Source: an uncultured delta proteobacterium
Lineage (GTDB): Bacteria; Desulfobacterota; Syntrophorhabdia; Syntrophorhabdales; Syntrophorhabdaceae
Assembly: GCA_963754785.1 (NCBI GenBank)
Contig: CAVWHH010000026.1
Location: forward strand, 1 to 57,709
Direction: 5' to 3'
Length of the DNA stretch: 57,709 bases
In this document: piece by piece, positions 29,882-39,606 of the stretch
Position numbering within the stretch: position 1 is the first letter of the stretch
Layout: each line of letters starts with the position of its first letter
The notes under the pieces: generated by a model
Told to the model about the DNA's origin: nothing
Databases searched by the model: none
What the model saw: only the letters and a program-made list of their open reading frames with translations
Program-made: the position numbers and the translations under genes

Positions 29882-31072
29882 ATGAATAAATCAGGATATT
29901 CAAGGGCAGTGTTGGCTGTGCTCCTGTTTGTCGGGATCGCCGCTTTTTTCATGGCGGGGGCTGTTTATGCTGGCAATTCTTTCACCATCGCCGTCATCCC
30001 GGACACCCAGAATTACGTAGACGATACCAAGCCGCAACCGGACAGCCTTAACTTCTTTAAAGCAGAGACCCTGTATCTGGCGAAGCACAAGAATGACATG
30101 AACCTGGCGTTCGTCACGCACGTCGGTGATGTGGTGCAACACGGCGACGGCACGAACGGCTCACCGGGCAACACGGCCTACGGCGCCGGCCGTGAATGGG
30201 ACCGGGTCAAGCAGGCCATGGACATCCTGGCAGCTTCCGGAGTACCCTTCGGCATGAGCATCGGCAACCACGACTACGACAACTACAGCTATTCGACCCC
30301 CGAGGGCAACCACCCGCTGAAGAGCAACGTCATGTGGAAAAATCGCTTTGGATCCGGCTCGTCGTATTTTGCAGGCAAGTCATGGTATGGCGGTGCCTCA
30401 GACGTCCTTACCCACAGCCCCGGAATCTCCAGTTACCAAACGTTCTCGGCCGGTGGCAAGACCTTCCTGCACATCTCCCTGGAGATGGAAGCCAGCGACA
30501 ATGTCCTGGCTTGGGCACAGGGCGTGATCGATTTCCACAAGGGCTATGCGACCATCATCACCACCCACGAATACCTTGGTCCCCCTGGCCAAACCGACAA
30601 CCATTTGCCCCTGGAGGTCCCCGCTCGCCGCATTGCCGCCAGCACAAGGTACCTGAAGAACTCTCCGGGAGGGTGGAACGATGCCCAAGGAGTTTGGGAC
30701 AAGCTCATCACCAAGAACGACCAGATCTTTCTGGTTATTTGCGGGCATGCGTGGGGTCCCACCATCCAAGACGTTTCCAAGTCGGAGAACCTTCGCATTG
30801 ACAATAACGATGCCGGTCACGCGGTCTATCAAGTCCTGACCGACTACCAGGGCAACACCCTCAACAACCCCGGCGGCGCCGGCTGGCTGCGCTTCATGGA
30901 ATTCGACATGGGCAAGAACACCATCCACTTCAGGACTTACTCTCCGACGCTCGGCAAATACGCCGGTGTGAACGGTGAAAACACCTTCAACCAGCCGCCG
31001 GAATTCTCCGATTTTACCTTGGCAATGCCGGTTCAGGTTCTTGACGCACCCGACAGAGATCCACGAAAATAA
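29882..31072 (+). CDS. secreted calcineurin-like metallophosphoesterase
   Basis: Signal peptide. Motifs VIPDTQNY, THVGDVVQHGD, GNHDY, THEYL and ICGHAWG mark the metallophosphatase fold. GC content is high. Confidence 0.8.
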   Translation: MNKSGYSRAVLAVLLFVGIAAFFMAGAVYAGNSFTIAVIPDTQNYVDDTKPQPDSLNFFKAETLYLAKHKNDMNLAFVTHVGDVVQHGDGTNGSPGNTAYGAGREWDRVKQAMDILAASGVPFGMSIGNHDYDNYSYSTPEGNHPLKSNVMWKNRFGSGSSYFAGKSWYGGASDVLTHSPGISSYQTFSAGGKTFLHISLEMEASDNVLAWAQGVIDFHKGYATIITTHEYLGPPGQTDNHLPLEVPARRIAASTRYLKNSPGGWNDAQGVWDKLITKNDQIFLVICGHAWGPTIQDVSKSENLRIDNNDAGHAVYQVLTDYQGNTLNNPGGAGWLRFMEFDMGKNTIHFRTYSPTLGKYAGVNGENTFNQPPEFSDFTLAMPVQVLDAPDRDPRK

Positions 31073-31284
31073 CAACGAACCTCACACCGGTATCGGGGAC
31101 AATCCTGCAGGTGACAAATTCTTATGGTTCTTTCTCACACTGAGTGGTCATGCCAAGCCCGCCATTAAGAAGATAAAGCATAAACTTGTACAAATGTTCT
31201 ATAAGCATAATGTTACATTTTGGGTAAAGTTATGGTTGAACTTACAAAGAATCAAAGATATCAAGGGAAATTGACGGAAGTACA

Positions 31285-31310
31285 TGGGAATCGAACCCAC
31301 CTTCAATGGC
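31285..31310 (-). other. tRNA 3'-end-like fragment (T-arm plus acceptor 3' strand); possible remnant attachment site
   Basis: Minus-strand reading GGTGGGTTCGATTCCCATGTACTTCC has a TPsiC-loop consensus. No complete cloverleaf can be drawn: there is no canonical anticodon arm and no 5' acceptor strand. Confidence 0.3.
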
Positions 31311-31482
31311 TGTAAACCCTTGATTGTCAAGGGTGCCAAAACTTCATCGACACTTTTTCGGCACTACATCGAGAAGAAGCATAAAAAGAAACCTGCCCTT
31401 GATACGGAAATTCCTTCGTGCGTTTTCGCACTATTAACACGTTTGGTAAACTACTTAACCACCTTTCCAGGAGGTTGACCAA

Positions 31483-32058
31483 ATGCCTGAGCCAAAAATA
31501 GACAAAGTCAAATTACATCGGTTACTTAGCTCTGGAAAGTCACAGAGGGAAGCTGCTCAAGTTTTTGGCGTCACCGAGGGCGCCATATCGAAAGCTGCCA
31601 AGGGTCTCAACATTGCCGTCGTAAAGAACGTTGCCCTGGAGAACGCCCACAAGGTAGTCAACAAAGGCCTCAACACCATAGACCAGCTTCAAAAGATCAA
31701 TGATTATGCTAATGAACTTCTTGATCTGCTTATGCGCTGGAACAAAGGCGACACGGAGGCTCTCCAAATCCTCGAATCACAGGTACGTAAGGTACGTATC
31801 AAAGGCTCAGAGGAAGAGGTTACGGAATACCGTTTCAAAGACCCGCGGGAACTTGCACTCAAGGCCATGGCTGAGATAAGAGGGCAGCTTGGCCTGCAAC
31901 TCGATATTTTCAAGACCCTTTATGACATGGAGGCAGTGGCGGAGTTTCAACAGGAAGTATTGACAGCAATACAGGAGGTAAGTCCGGATGTTAGAAACGC
32001 AATTGTCCAGAGACTCAAAGAGAGACACGCTGTTCGAGGGTCTATTTCGATCGATTGA
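31483..32058 (+). CDS. phage terminase small subunit-like protein with N-terminal HTH
   Basis: SQREAAQVFGVTEGAISKAAKGL is an HTH. It is helical and acidic, and overlaps and precedes the large-terminase gene. Confidence 0.5.
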   Translation: MPEPKIDKVKLHRLLSSGKSQREAAQVFGVTEGAISKAAKGLNIAVVKNVALENAHKVVNKGLNTIDQLQKINDYANELLDLLMRWNKGDTEALQILESQVRKVRIKGSEEEVTEYRFKDPRELALKAMAEIRGQLGLQLDIFKTLYDMEAVAEFQQEVLTAIQEVSPDVRNAIVQRLKERHAVRGSISID

Positions 32059-33574
32059 ACAGCGGTTTTTAGGAAACCATACTGGCGAGATTCCTTCTCT
32101 TGGTGAATGGGCTGAACAGACACCAGTCATCTTGGACGGTAAGCCATTCACTTTTCAGCGTCACGAGTACCTCAAGGAACCCTACCGGGATGATCACCCC
32201 TTTCAGGTAGAGATGAAGGCGGCTCAAATGGGTCTTACGTCACGTGCTATGTTGAAAGCAGTACACAGCGCTCGTTACGGCTCATACAGGGGCATTCTCT
32301 ACCTTTTCCCGTCCAAAACAGATGTTACGGATTTTTCAAAAGGTCGTGTTGATCCTCTCATTGATGAGAACCCTGATTCAATAGGCAAATGGATCAAAGA
32401 CACCGACTCCGCCAACATCAAACGCATCTGGAACTGTTTTCTTTATCTTCGTGGCATGGCTTCCCGGACAGGGCTCAAGTCCGTGCCGGCCGATTTTATT
32501 ATTTTTGACGAACTCGATGAAGCCCCGCAGAATGCTGTCGACATGGCCATGGAGCGTATGGCTCACAGTGAATTCAAGGAAGTGTTCCAACTGTCGAACC
32601 CAACTCTCCCCGATTACGGCATCGACAAGGCCTTCCAGGAAACCGATCAACAGTATTGGCTTCTGAGATGCGAGAAATGTGGAGAGTATACTTGCCTTGA
32701 AGACACGTTCCCGGATTGTCTGATAACCACAGGCGATCGGGTCATCCGAGCCTGTGAGAAGTGTAAATCAGAACTCAATCCGTCCATAGGTCAGTGGGTA
32801 GCTAAGAGACCAGGCATCACAGACAAGAGGGGTCGGCACTACAGTCAGCTCTTCTCCCACTTCGTGGACCCTGCCTCTATCCTTCACCAGTTCAGGACGA
32901 CGAATAACCTAACAGACTTTTACAATCTGAAGATTGGCGTCGCCTACGTGGAGGCGACCAACAGGCTCACTGTCGAGGAGGTTCTTTCTCTGTGCGGAAA
33001 CGAGGGGATTTCCGAAAGTGATGAGGGACCCTGCTTCATGGGTGTTGACCAGGGAAAGGACCTCCACGTTGTGATTGGCAAACGATCCCGCAACAAGGCA
33101 GGGCGGATAGTTCATCTGGGTATATACAAGGCCTGGGAGGAACTCGACAGGTTGATGAAGAATTTTCATGTATCAAGGTGTGTTGTGGATGCTTTACCCG
33201 AAACGAGGAATGCCAGAGCCTTTGCCCTGCGTCATAAGGGACGGGTATTTCTTAATTTCTACAACGAGCATCAGAAAGGGTCCTATTCCTGGAGCGACAA
33301 GGAGCTGGTTGTGAGTTCGAACAGAACGGAGAGTCTCGATGCAAGCCACAGGGAGATTTCTGATGGTACCATTGTGCTTCCAAGGGACTGTCAGATAACC
33401 AAAACATTTGCCGACCATCTCCATAACGTTGCCAAGAAGCTCGATGAGAATGAAGAGACCGGCTCCAAGCGCTATGTCTACGTGAAACTGGGACCTGATC
33501 ATTTCCGCCATGCCTTCAACTATGAGGCCATGGCACGACAGGATGCACCACGGCTCCTATTTCCAAATATGTAA
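31988..33574 (+). CDS. phage terminase large subunit, GpA-like
   Basis: AVHSARYGSYRG resembles the deviant lambda gpA Walker A (KSARVGYS). FIIFDELDEAP is the Walker B. A Cys-rich CEKCGEYTC...CEKCKSEL region is present. The protein is 528 aa. Confidence 0.65.
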   Translation: MLETQLSRDSKRDTLFEGLFRSIEQRFLGNHTGEIPSLGEWAEQTPVILDGKPFTFQRHEYLKEPYRDDHPFQVEMKAAQMGLTSRAMLKAVHSARYGSYRGILYLFPSKTDVTDFSKGRVDPLIDENPDSIGKWIKDTDSANIKRIWNCFLYLRGMASRTGLKSVPADFIIFDELDEAPQNAVDMAMERMAHSEFKEVFQLSNPTLPDYGIDKAFQETDQQYWLLRCEKCGEYTCLEDTFPDCLITTGDRVIRACEKCKSELNPSIGQWVAKRPGITDKRGRHYSQLFSHFVDPASILHQFRTTNNLTDFYNLKIGVAYVEATNRLTVEEVLSLCGNEGISESDEGPCFMGVDQGKDLHVVIGKRSRNKAGRIVHLGIYKAWEELDRLMKNFHVSRCVVDALPETRNARAFALRHKGRVFLNFYNEHQKGSYSWSDKELVVSSNRTESLDASHREISDGTIVLPRDCQITKTFADHLHNVAKKLDENEETGSKRYVYVKLGPDHFRHAFNYEAMARQDAPRLLFPNM

Positions 33575-33586
33575 CAAGGAGGGCAT

Positions 33587-33784
33587 ATGGATAGAAATCT
33601 TATCATCAACTCGGAGATATCAAAAAACGGAGTCGTCACCCACAACACATCGAAAGACGTGAAGTATTTGAGTAGGAAAGTCCTGGGTGGAATAGTCTGG
33701 CCCATACACGAAAAGAGCATACCGGGATATTTCTGCATCATCGGCGAAGAATTTAATGAACAGGTTAGGTTTGAGGGCTCTTGA
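33587..33784 (+). CDS. hypothetical protein (65 aa) with good RBS (aaggagggcatATG)
   Basis: RBS plus ORF. No recognisable family. Confidence 0.35.
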   Translation: MDRNLIINSEISKNGVVTHNTSKDVKYLSRKVLGGIVWPIHEKSIPGYFCIIGEEFNEQVRFEGS

Positions 33785-33820
33785 GATCTTCGGGGAAAAC
33801 TGAGATTACTGGCAGAATAT

Positions 33821-34231
33821 GTGTTTGAGAAACATTCTCTGTCAGATTTCTGCCGGCGACTGGGTGAGGATATGGCCCGGCTATGTTGCACCAGTATCTA
33901 CGCAACAGGCGAAGAAGACTCCGCAGTACAAACACGATTCTTTAATCAGTGCATAACCGAACAACACATCCAGTGCAGATTGGATGTGGCGCCCTTCTGG
34001 GAGAATCCGGGAGTAGGTATAGGCATTCTGGGCGACTGGCAGGAACGATCTCTTCTTGAGATCCCGGACGATACGGTCCTCTTTGAACAGATGAAGCATA
34101 TTCAGTCCGTTGACATTGGGAATATATCCGAAAAGTTTTTCGCGGTTAAAGCCCTCTGTTTTGTGGTCGGCAAGTTTGAAATAGATGGAGGCAATGGACT
34201 ACAACCAGGTTACCAGCCTCGTCGGTATTGA
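33821..34231 (+). CDS. hypothetical protein (136 aa)
   Basis: ORF only. Confidence 0.3.
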   Translation: MFEKHSLSDFCRRLGEDMARLCCTSIYATGEEDSAVQTRFFNQCITEQHIQCRLDVAPFWENPGVGIGILGDWQERSLLEIPDDTVLFEQMKHIQSVDIGNISEKFFAVKALCFVVGKFEIDGGNGLQPGYQPRRY

Positions 34232-34418
34232 GCCCAGGGGGTAGCTATTGCACCTTCAAATCAAGCATTGGACCTATCATAAAGAACTGCGGATTGCGGA
34301 TGGAAATGTGGCATAACGTTCGCGCTCAAGAGCGTGCCACTTTGGGACGTCGACTGCAGCGCGTGCTTTAGCCATATAGTCCTCCGGGGCCGCACAGGAT
34401 CGCTAAGGCCACCGATGT

Positions 34419-35495
34419 CTATGGAGTTGATGTCGGTGGCAGTCTCCAGTCGAATTCTTCAACGCTCACCAGCCCCTGCACAAGCGTGCGGGTCTGACCG
34501 TTCGCGAGTGAAACAACGGACAGGGGCGACACCCATACGCCCCTTTTTCGGTCGAGCGGTGCGAGCTGGCGGCCGTCTCCCGTGGCAAAAAGGCGATGGT
34601 CCGCGGACCAAGCCAAATCACGGCCCTTCGCCACCACCGTCGGCGGGTCCCCTGTGAGACTCACCCGGTAGAACATCTGGGCAGGACCCGCTGTGCTGTC
34701 ACCGGCGTGACGGCCATAGAGAACGCTATCGGGGTCTCCCGGAATGGCGAACAAGTTATCAGCAAAGGGAGAAAGATCGTCATCCCAGGTGAATGGCAAC
34801 GGGACCTCACGTTCCTTTGTGCCATCGGCACGCAGGATAACCAGCCGGGCCTGCCCGGGGTTCTGCGCGAATGCTTCCGCGACCAGCGTGTTGTCATCGA
34901 GCCACACCGCTGCTCCTAAATCGTCGGCGAGTGGTAGCTGGCTGCTGGTGGCCAGATCGAGGATCTGAGCCGATGGTCTCGACTCACCCCACATTGAGAT
35001 ATAGAACTGGTGGCTATCGGGGGACCAAGCGGTTGTATTGCCAGCGGCGAGCACGCGTTCCTGCCGCGTCGCGACATCAAAGAGAACGAGCTTCCATTCG
35101 GGATCGTGCACCAGGTAGACCACACTGCGGCGATTTGGGACCACGCTCTCAATAAAAGTGTACCCGTCGGGGAGGACGACAAGCTGGGTCACAGGACCCC
35201 CGCGCTCACTTACCGTACAGAGAGTGCGGGTCTTCCCCACCTCTCGGACAAACAGGATCGTCTTCCCGTCCGCAAGCCAGATCGGCGAATGATCGTCGGA
35301 ACCGCCCGACGTCACTTGCACGCGTCCCGAACCGGCCGAATTGATGCGCCAAATCTTGTAATGGCTTGGTCGCGTGCCTGGCTTGTAGTAGCGGGCGGAA
35401 TAGACGATGTCGGCTGTAGGCCTGGAGGAGGCAGCGCCAGCGGTATTTCCGAGGGCTAATCCAAAAAAGAATAGCCCGAAAATTCCTAATTTCAT
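34419..35495 (-). CDS. secreted TolB-like PD40 beta-propeller repeat protein
   Basis: Start chosen at MKLGIFGLFFFGLALG (signal peptide) with AGGAGG 13 nt upstream. Repeats are SPIWLADGKTILFV and TAWSPDSHQFYI (WSPDG-type PD40). Confidence 0.65.
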   Translation of the reverse strand: MKLGIFGLFFFGLALGNTAGAASSRPTADIVYSARYYKPGTRPSHYKIWRINSAGSGRVQVTSGGSDDHSPIWLADGKTILFVREVGKTRTLCTVSERGGPVTQLVVLPDGYTFIESVVPNRRSVVYLVHDPEWKLVLFDVATRQERVLAAGNTTAWSPDSHQFYISMWGESRPSAQILDLATSSQLPLADDLGAAVWLDDNTLVAEAFAQNPGQARLVILRADGTKEREVPLPFTWDDDLSPFADNLFAIPGDPDSVLYGRHAGDSTAGPAQMFYRVSLTGDPPTVVAKGRDLAWSADHRLFATGDGRQLAPLDRKRGVWVSPLSVVSLANGQTRTLVQGLVSVEEFDWRLPPTSTP

Positions 35496-35688
35496 CAACA
35501 CGGGGGACCTCCTACTTGGATTCCCTTGGAGTTGCTCCTTCCGGCTTTTCCGCAAATTATGTTTCATCTTCTTAGAGAAGTAGTTTTAAATATGTTAGTA
35601 TTTACAGGATATATTGTCAATAATAATGGTGCGCTAGCGATACGCTCGATTACCGACTGAAATGTAGCACATTCAGGGAAAATGGCAA

Positions 35689-35725
35689 GGTGTGAACTAC
35701 AGCAATGAATAGAATTGCTCACACC
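35689..35725. repeat. palindrome P1 (GGTGTGA ... GCAAT-N7-ATTGC ... TCACACC) upstream of the recombinase operon
   Basis: ggtgtgaactacagcaatgaatagaattgctcacacc. A second hairpin, ctgaaatgtagcacattcag, lies at 35657-35676. Confidence 0.5.
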
Positions 35726-35837
35726 AATTTGTAAAAAATCCGTTGCCTGGGAAAAATGTTGAGTACACCTATTCCACAGTATTTTGCAGTCGCCAAAATT
35801 GAGGATTATTGGTTGTAAGGTGCAACGGTTAAACTCA

Positions 35838-35849
35838 GGGGCGCGCCCC
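35838..35849 (-). terminator. GC hairpin GGGGCGCGCCCC followed (minus strand) by UGAGUUUAA: putative rho-independent terminator of the small membrane ORF
   Basis: Perfect 12-nt GC palindrome 9 nt beyond the stop of 35858..36025. Confidence 0.35.
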
Positions 35850-35857
35850 CACCTTGC

Positions 35858-36025
35858 TCATGGACGTTTCAGGAATCTGAAGTAGAAGGCTGCGAATACC
35901 AGGACGATTCCTACGTTCACCATCAGCCGTTCCCAGAACCGGTTCTTGAAGAACAAGACATCGATCGCGACGATTACGGCTGCCATCAAGACTACGTAGA
36001 GTGCGCTGACCGTCTGGCTTCCCAT
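35858..36025 (-). CDS. small hydrophobic two-TM protein (55 aa), divergently oriented from the recombinase operon
   Basis: MGSQTVSALYVVLMAAVIVAIDVLFFKNRFWERLMVNVGIVLVFAAFYFRFLKRP. Weak SD (aggga). Terminator-like hairpin downstream. Below the track length cut-off. Confidence 0.3.
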   Translation of the reverse strand: MGSQTVSALYVVLMAAVIVAIDVLFFKNRFWERLMVNVGIVLVFAAFYFRFLKRP

Positions 36026-36331
36026 TTCAGTCCCTGTTTAACTGTTCGGCGCTCCAGCGGCTGCCAAACATTGTTTATATGGATCGGTGTTAATATTCCA
36101 AACGCTAAAGATTACTGTTTGAAATCTACCATAAAACGAAAGAATTGAGAAACAAGATTTACAGGAAGAAAGCAAATAGATTTGCGCTCAGAAAAATTGT
36201 CAAAATGAACCGATAGGCAGGATTGCGATGTATCACCTACCTATACGTAACAAAATTGGTTGACCTTTAGAACGCCTGAGGGTCATTATCTAACCTGCTT
36301 TTTCTTGAAAAAGAAAAGGAGGAAAAAAATG

Positions 36332-37342
36332 ACCGAGACACAACCAACCACCCATGAACCAGTCAAAAGTGAACGTGAAGTATTCCGTGAGCAGCATCGT
36401 ACGCGACCCCCGATCGACCATATCCTCGAGCGGCTCTCCCCTCTCGAGCTCCCCGCCAAGGACTGTTTCGAGCTCTACCTGCGCCACAAGTCGCGCGTGA
36501 ACCACAAGCGGAGGACGCTCGACAGTTCCTTCACCTCAATCATGTTCTTTCTCGACTTTTATGGAAGGTCGGGCAAGCCTGACCTCAAGGAACTCGAACG
36601 CTCCGACCTGGAAGCATTTATCGAGCACGAGCAGGACCGGGGCCTCAAGATCTCGACGGTCAGAACACGGATGGCCTCCATCATTGCCTTTCTCCACTTC
36701 CTCGTCGAGGAGGATCTCATCCCCGGAACTGCCCTGAAGAAAACGATCAAGCTTAAACTGCCCGATTCCCTCCCTCGGGCCATAAACCCCAAGGACGTGA
36801 GGAAACTGCTTTCGGTCATCAACAACACCCGGGACCGGGCCCTTATCCTGCTCCTTCTTAGAACCGGCATCAGGATCGGAGAAGCCCTCGGTCTCACCCT
36901 TGACGACCTCGATCTTCGGGACAGGAAGGTCCATCTCTTCGAGGGAGAAAAGAACAGCATGGGCAGGGTGGTCTACTTCTCCGATGACGCGCTCTTCGCC
37001 CTCAAACGCTGGCTCTCAATAAGGAACAAGGAAGAAAAGTATCTCTTTTACGGACAACGCCATGGCCACCTCTGTTACAGCGCTGCCCGGAACCGCATCG
37101 TAACGTACTTCAAGAAGGCTGACCTGGAACATAAGGGTTACACGATCCATGCACTTCGCCACACCATGGCCTCCGAGTTGCTGAACGCCGGCATGCGTTT
37201 GGAAGTTCTCCAGCAACTCATGGGTCATCAGGACATCGAGGTAACCCGGCGCTATGCGAGACTCACCGACAGGACCCGGGAGGAAGAATACTTCAGAGCC
37301 ATGGCGATTATTGAGAAAGGAGGGATCGATGGAGACTACTGA
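36332..37342 (+). CDS. tyrosine site-specific recombinase (phage-integrase family) A
   Basis: RBS aaaaggaggaaaaaaATG. C-terminal catalytic region ...ALRHTMASELLNAGMRLEVLQQLMGHQDIEVTRRYARLT has HxxR...Y. N-terminal SAM-like core-binding domain. Confidence 0.85.
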   Translation, partial: TETQPTTHEPVKSEREVFREQHRTRPPIDHILERLSPLELPAKDCFELYLRHKSRVNHKRRTLDSSFTSIMFFLDFYGRSGKPDLKELERSDLEAFIEHEQDRGLKISTVRTRMASIIAFLHFLVEEDLIPGTALKKTIKLKLPDSLPRAINPKDVRKLLSVINNTRDRALILLLLRTGIRIGEALGLTLDDLDLRDRKVHLFEGEKNSMGRVVYFSDDALFALKRWLSIRNKEEKYLFYGQRHGHLCYSAARNRIVTYFKKADLEHKGYTIHALRHTMASELLNAGMRLEVLQQLMGHQDIEVTRRYARLTDRTREEEYFRAMAIIEKGGIDGDY

Positions 37343-38384
37343 GCGATACCGGAGGTCGTTAAAAAGAAAGAACTGTTCTTCCCACACGGTAAAGACCTAC
37401 ATGAACATCCTTGCTCACTTCACCCGATGGCTCACGGTCCCGCTTGCTATGGTGACCCGTACTGATATAGGAGCCTACGTGGATCACCTCTTTCGGAAAC
37501 GCCTGAGTCCGAAAACAATCACCTGTCACCTGCAGACGATCCGTCTTTTCTTCGACTACCTCATTGACGAGGAAGGGATGGAGATGATAAATCCAGTCGC
37601 CAGGATCTCGATCCGTCTGCCGAAACCGCTGCCCCGTCACCTGAAGGACAACCAGGTTGCGCGCCTCTTCGCAGTCATCACCAAGGTGCGTGACCGGGCG
37701 ATGTTCATGCTGATGCTCCGCTCGGGCCTCAGGGTAGAAGAGGTTGCGCACCTCACCGTGGATGCGGTAGACTACCGGAGGAAACAGGTCTTTGTCTCAA
37801 ACGGCAAAGGCGCCAGGGACCGTATGGCCTATTTGAGTGACGATGCCTGTGCTGCCCTGCTTGCCTACCTTGAGAAACGGTCATCGAAGGGAAGAGAACT
37901 CTTCCTGGTCGAGAAGGGGTCGATGAAAGGGAAACCGATCTCCGTTCGGGGTATCCAGAAGCGGATCGAATACTATGCGCATAAAAGCGGGTTGAACGTG
38001 TCGTGTCATTGCCTTCGTCATACGCTCGCCACACAGCTTCTGAACGCCGATGCTGACCTTGCCACCATCCAGGACCTTTTGGGGCATAGCCAGATCACCA
38101 CGACGCAACGGTACTGCCGGGTGGCGAACCTCAAGGTTGAGCGGGACTACTACAAAGCCATTAAGGTGGTCCTGCAACGGACGCAGGCAGTGGAGGAGGA
38201 TGAAGGGGACGGCCCACAAGAACAGGGCATAAGACAAAGAGAACGTATCGCCCCTGCCGATCAAAAAAGGCCACAGGACGTGTACGTGTCTCCCGTGTGG
38301 GGAAGGCGCAGCGCCGGTCCTCCCGATGAAAGAAACGAACGAAGTATGTGGACGAGTCCCGAAGAAAGGAGTGATGGATGGTGA
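37329..38384 (+). CDS. tyrosine site-specific recombinase (XerC/D-like) B, overlapping recombinase A by 14 nt
   Basis: RBS gaaaggagggatcgATG. Catalytic region ...CLRHTLATQLLNADADLATIQDLLGHSQITTTQRYCRV. Confidence 0.85.
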   Translation: METTERYRRSLKRKNCSSHTVKTYMNILAHFTRWLTVPLAMVTRTDIGAYVDHLFRKRLSPKTITCHLQTIRLFFDYLIDEEGMEMINPVARISIRLPKPLPRHLKDNQVARLFAVITKVRDRAMFMLMLRSGLRVEEVAHLTVDAVDYRRKQVFVSNGKGARDRMAYLSDDACAALLAYLEKRSSKGRELFLVEKGSMKGKPISVRGIQKRIEYYAHKSGLNVSCHCLRHTLATQLLNADADLATIQDLLGHSQITTTQRYCRVANLKVERDYYKAIKVVLQRTQAVEEDEGDGPQEQGIRQRERIAPADQKRPQDVYVSPVWGRRSAGPPDERNERSMWTSPEERSDGW

Positions 38385-39568
38385 GCGACAAAACGAGCAA
38401 TGAGGAACTGGACCTATTGATTGCGAAAATCACGGCTGACACTGACAACACCGACCACCAGCTCTGGGCATTCCGGCAGGTGTTTGAAGACGATGTGGTG
38501 CTGCCCCACGAGGCCTTTGCCCTCGGGGAACCGGTGACGGTACTTGCCATCGACTACGACGGAAATGAACGACGGGGGTTAACGGCGAGATGCCTAAAGG
38601 GGGACGGCTCTGAGCACATAATCGCCGCGTGCGATCTTCTCTTCCCGGAAGGCTCGACCGGTATCCGCTACGTGGCTGCCTACCGCAGGTGGCTCGGGAT
38701 CGAACCCTATCCTCAGGTTCAAGTCTCCACAAAACGCAAACCAGAGAAAGCGATGGAGGATGATATCGATCTGACCCACGACGTTACCCTCATCGCCCTT
38801 GCCGTGAAACAAAGGGCCATCTCCTGCCTTCTCCCTGACAAAGACCGTATCATCACCCTCCGGCAGGCGGGTTTTGCGGAAGTGGTCCCGGGCGAACTCA
38901 TCACCGTGGCACCCCACAAAATGTGGCGTTACGCGCGACATCCATACCTCTCCGGACAGATCAAGGCCTGGCACCTCGATGTAGGCGCCCTGGGCCTTAC
39001 ACCTCTCAAGCTCGAAGAAAAGGGGATGTGGGACCCGCGAGAGGAGTATTGGGGAGAGCCTCACGAACCGATAGAATCGTGGGCCAAGCCGATCATCAAT
39101 CGGGGGGCGCGACCCGCCTACGAGATGGAACAGATCATTCCCGGCGAGGATCCTCTCGATTGTGATACCGACCCGATCCTCGAGGCTATCGAGCTGAAAG
39201 AGGCCGGTGACCATGAGGGGGCACACGGCATCCTCATGGCCCTTCTTGCCATTGATCTCCGCTGTCTGGATGCCCACGCTCACCTCGGCAATTTCACCTT
39301 CGATCACTACCCTGAGATGGCCATTCGCCATTACGAAGTCGGGGTACAGATCGGGGAGCTCTCCCTCGGTAAGGGGTTCAACGGTGTGCTGCGCTCCCGT
39401 CCCTTTCTCCGGTGCTTGTACGGCTACGGCCTCTGTCTGTGGCGGCTTGGCCGGTTCAAAGAAGCGGAGGAGGTTTTTACCCGTATGCTCTGGCTCAATC
39501 CCACGGACGACCAAGGTGTACACTTTCTGCTCGACGAGGTGCACAAAAGGAAGGCTTGGCATGACTAA
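38378..39568 (+). CDS. 396-aa protein of unknown function, translationally coupled to recombinase B (ATGGTGA overlap); C-terminal third looks TPR/helical-repeat-like
   Basis: I recognise no family. The C-terminus (...LKEAGDHEGAHGILMALLAIDLRCLDAHAHLGN...LGRFKEAEEVFTRMLWLNPTDDQG) resembles TPR-type repeats. It lacks tyrosine-recombinase catalytic motifs. Confidence 0.55.
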   Translation: MVSDKTSNEELDLLIAKITADTDNTDHQLWAFRQVFEDDVVLPHEAFALGEPVTVLAIDYDGNERRGLTARCLKGDGSEHIIAACDLLFPEGSTGIRYVAAYRRWLGIEPYPQVQVSTKRKPEKAMEDDIDLTHDVTLIALAVKQRAISCLLPDKDRIITLRQAGFAEVVPGELITVAPHKMWRYARHPYLSGQIKAWHLDVGALGLTPLKLEEKGMWDPREEYWGEPHEPIESWAKPIINRGARPAYEMEQIIPGEDPLDCDTDPILEAIELKEAGDHEGAHGILMALLAIDLRCLDAHAHLGNFTFDHYPEMAIRHYEVGVQIGELSLGKGFNGVLRSRPFLRCLYGYGLCLWRLGRFKEAEEVFTRMLWLNPTDDQGVHFLLDEVHKRKAWHD

Positions 39569-39606
39569 CCGGAGTTCCGCGCACGCAAGGGCAAAACCAG
39601 AAACTC

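Noticed and set aside
30196-31075. Long alternative-frame and antisense ORFs inside GC-rich genes (e.g. 30196..30801, 30398..31075(-), 38594..39562(-), 42735..43475(-), 45381..46106(-), 46547..47698(-), 48958..50016(-), 49344..50150)
   Set aside because: These are typical spurious ORFs from high-GC coding regions. In each case the overlapping frame encodes a well-recognised protein family.
31285-31370. Intact tRNA gene on the minus strand
   Set aside because: Only the T-arm and acceptor 3' strand are tRNA-like. The candidate anticodon arm (CCTTGACAATCAAGG) has a 5-nt loop, and no 5' acceptor strand pairs. Treated as a fragment only.
31284-31478. 64-aa ORF between the metallophosphoesterase and terminase genes
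   Set aside because: It overlaps the tRNA-like fragment, has no RBS, and reads through a hairpin.
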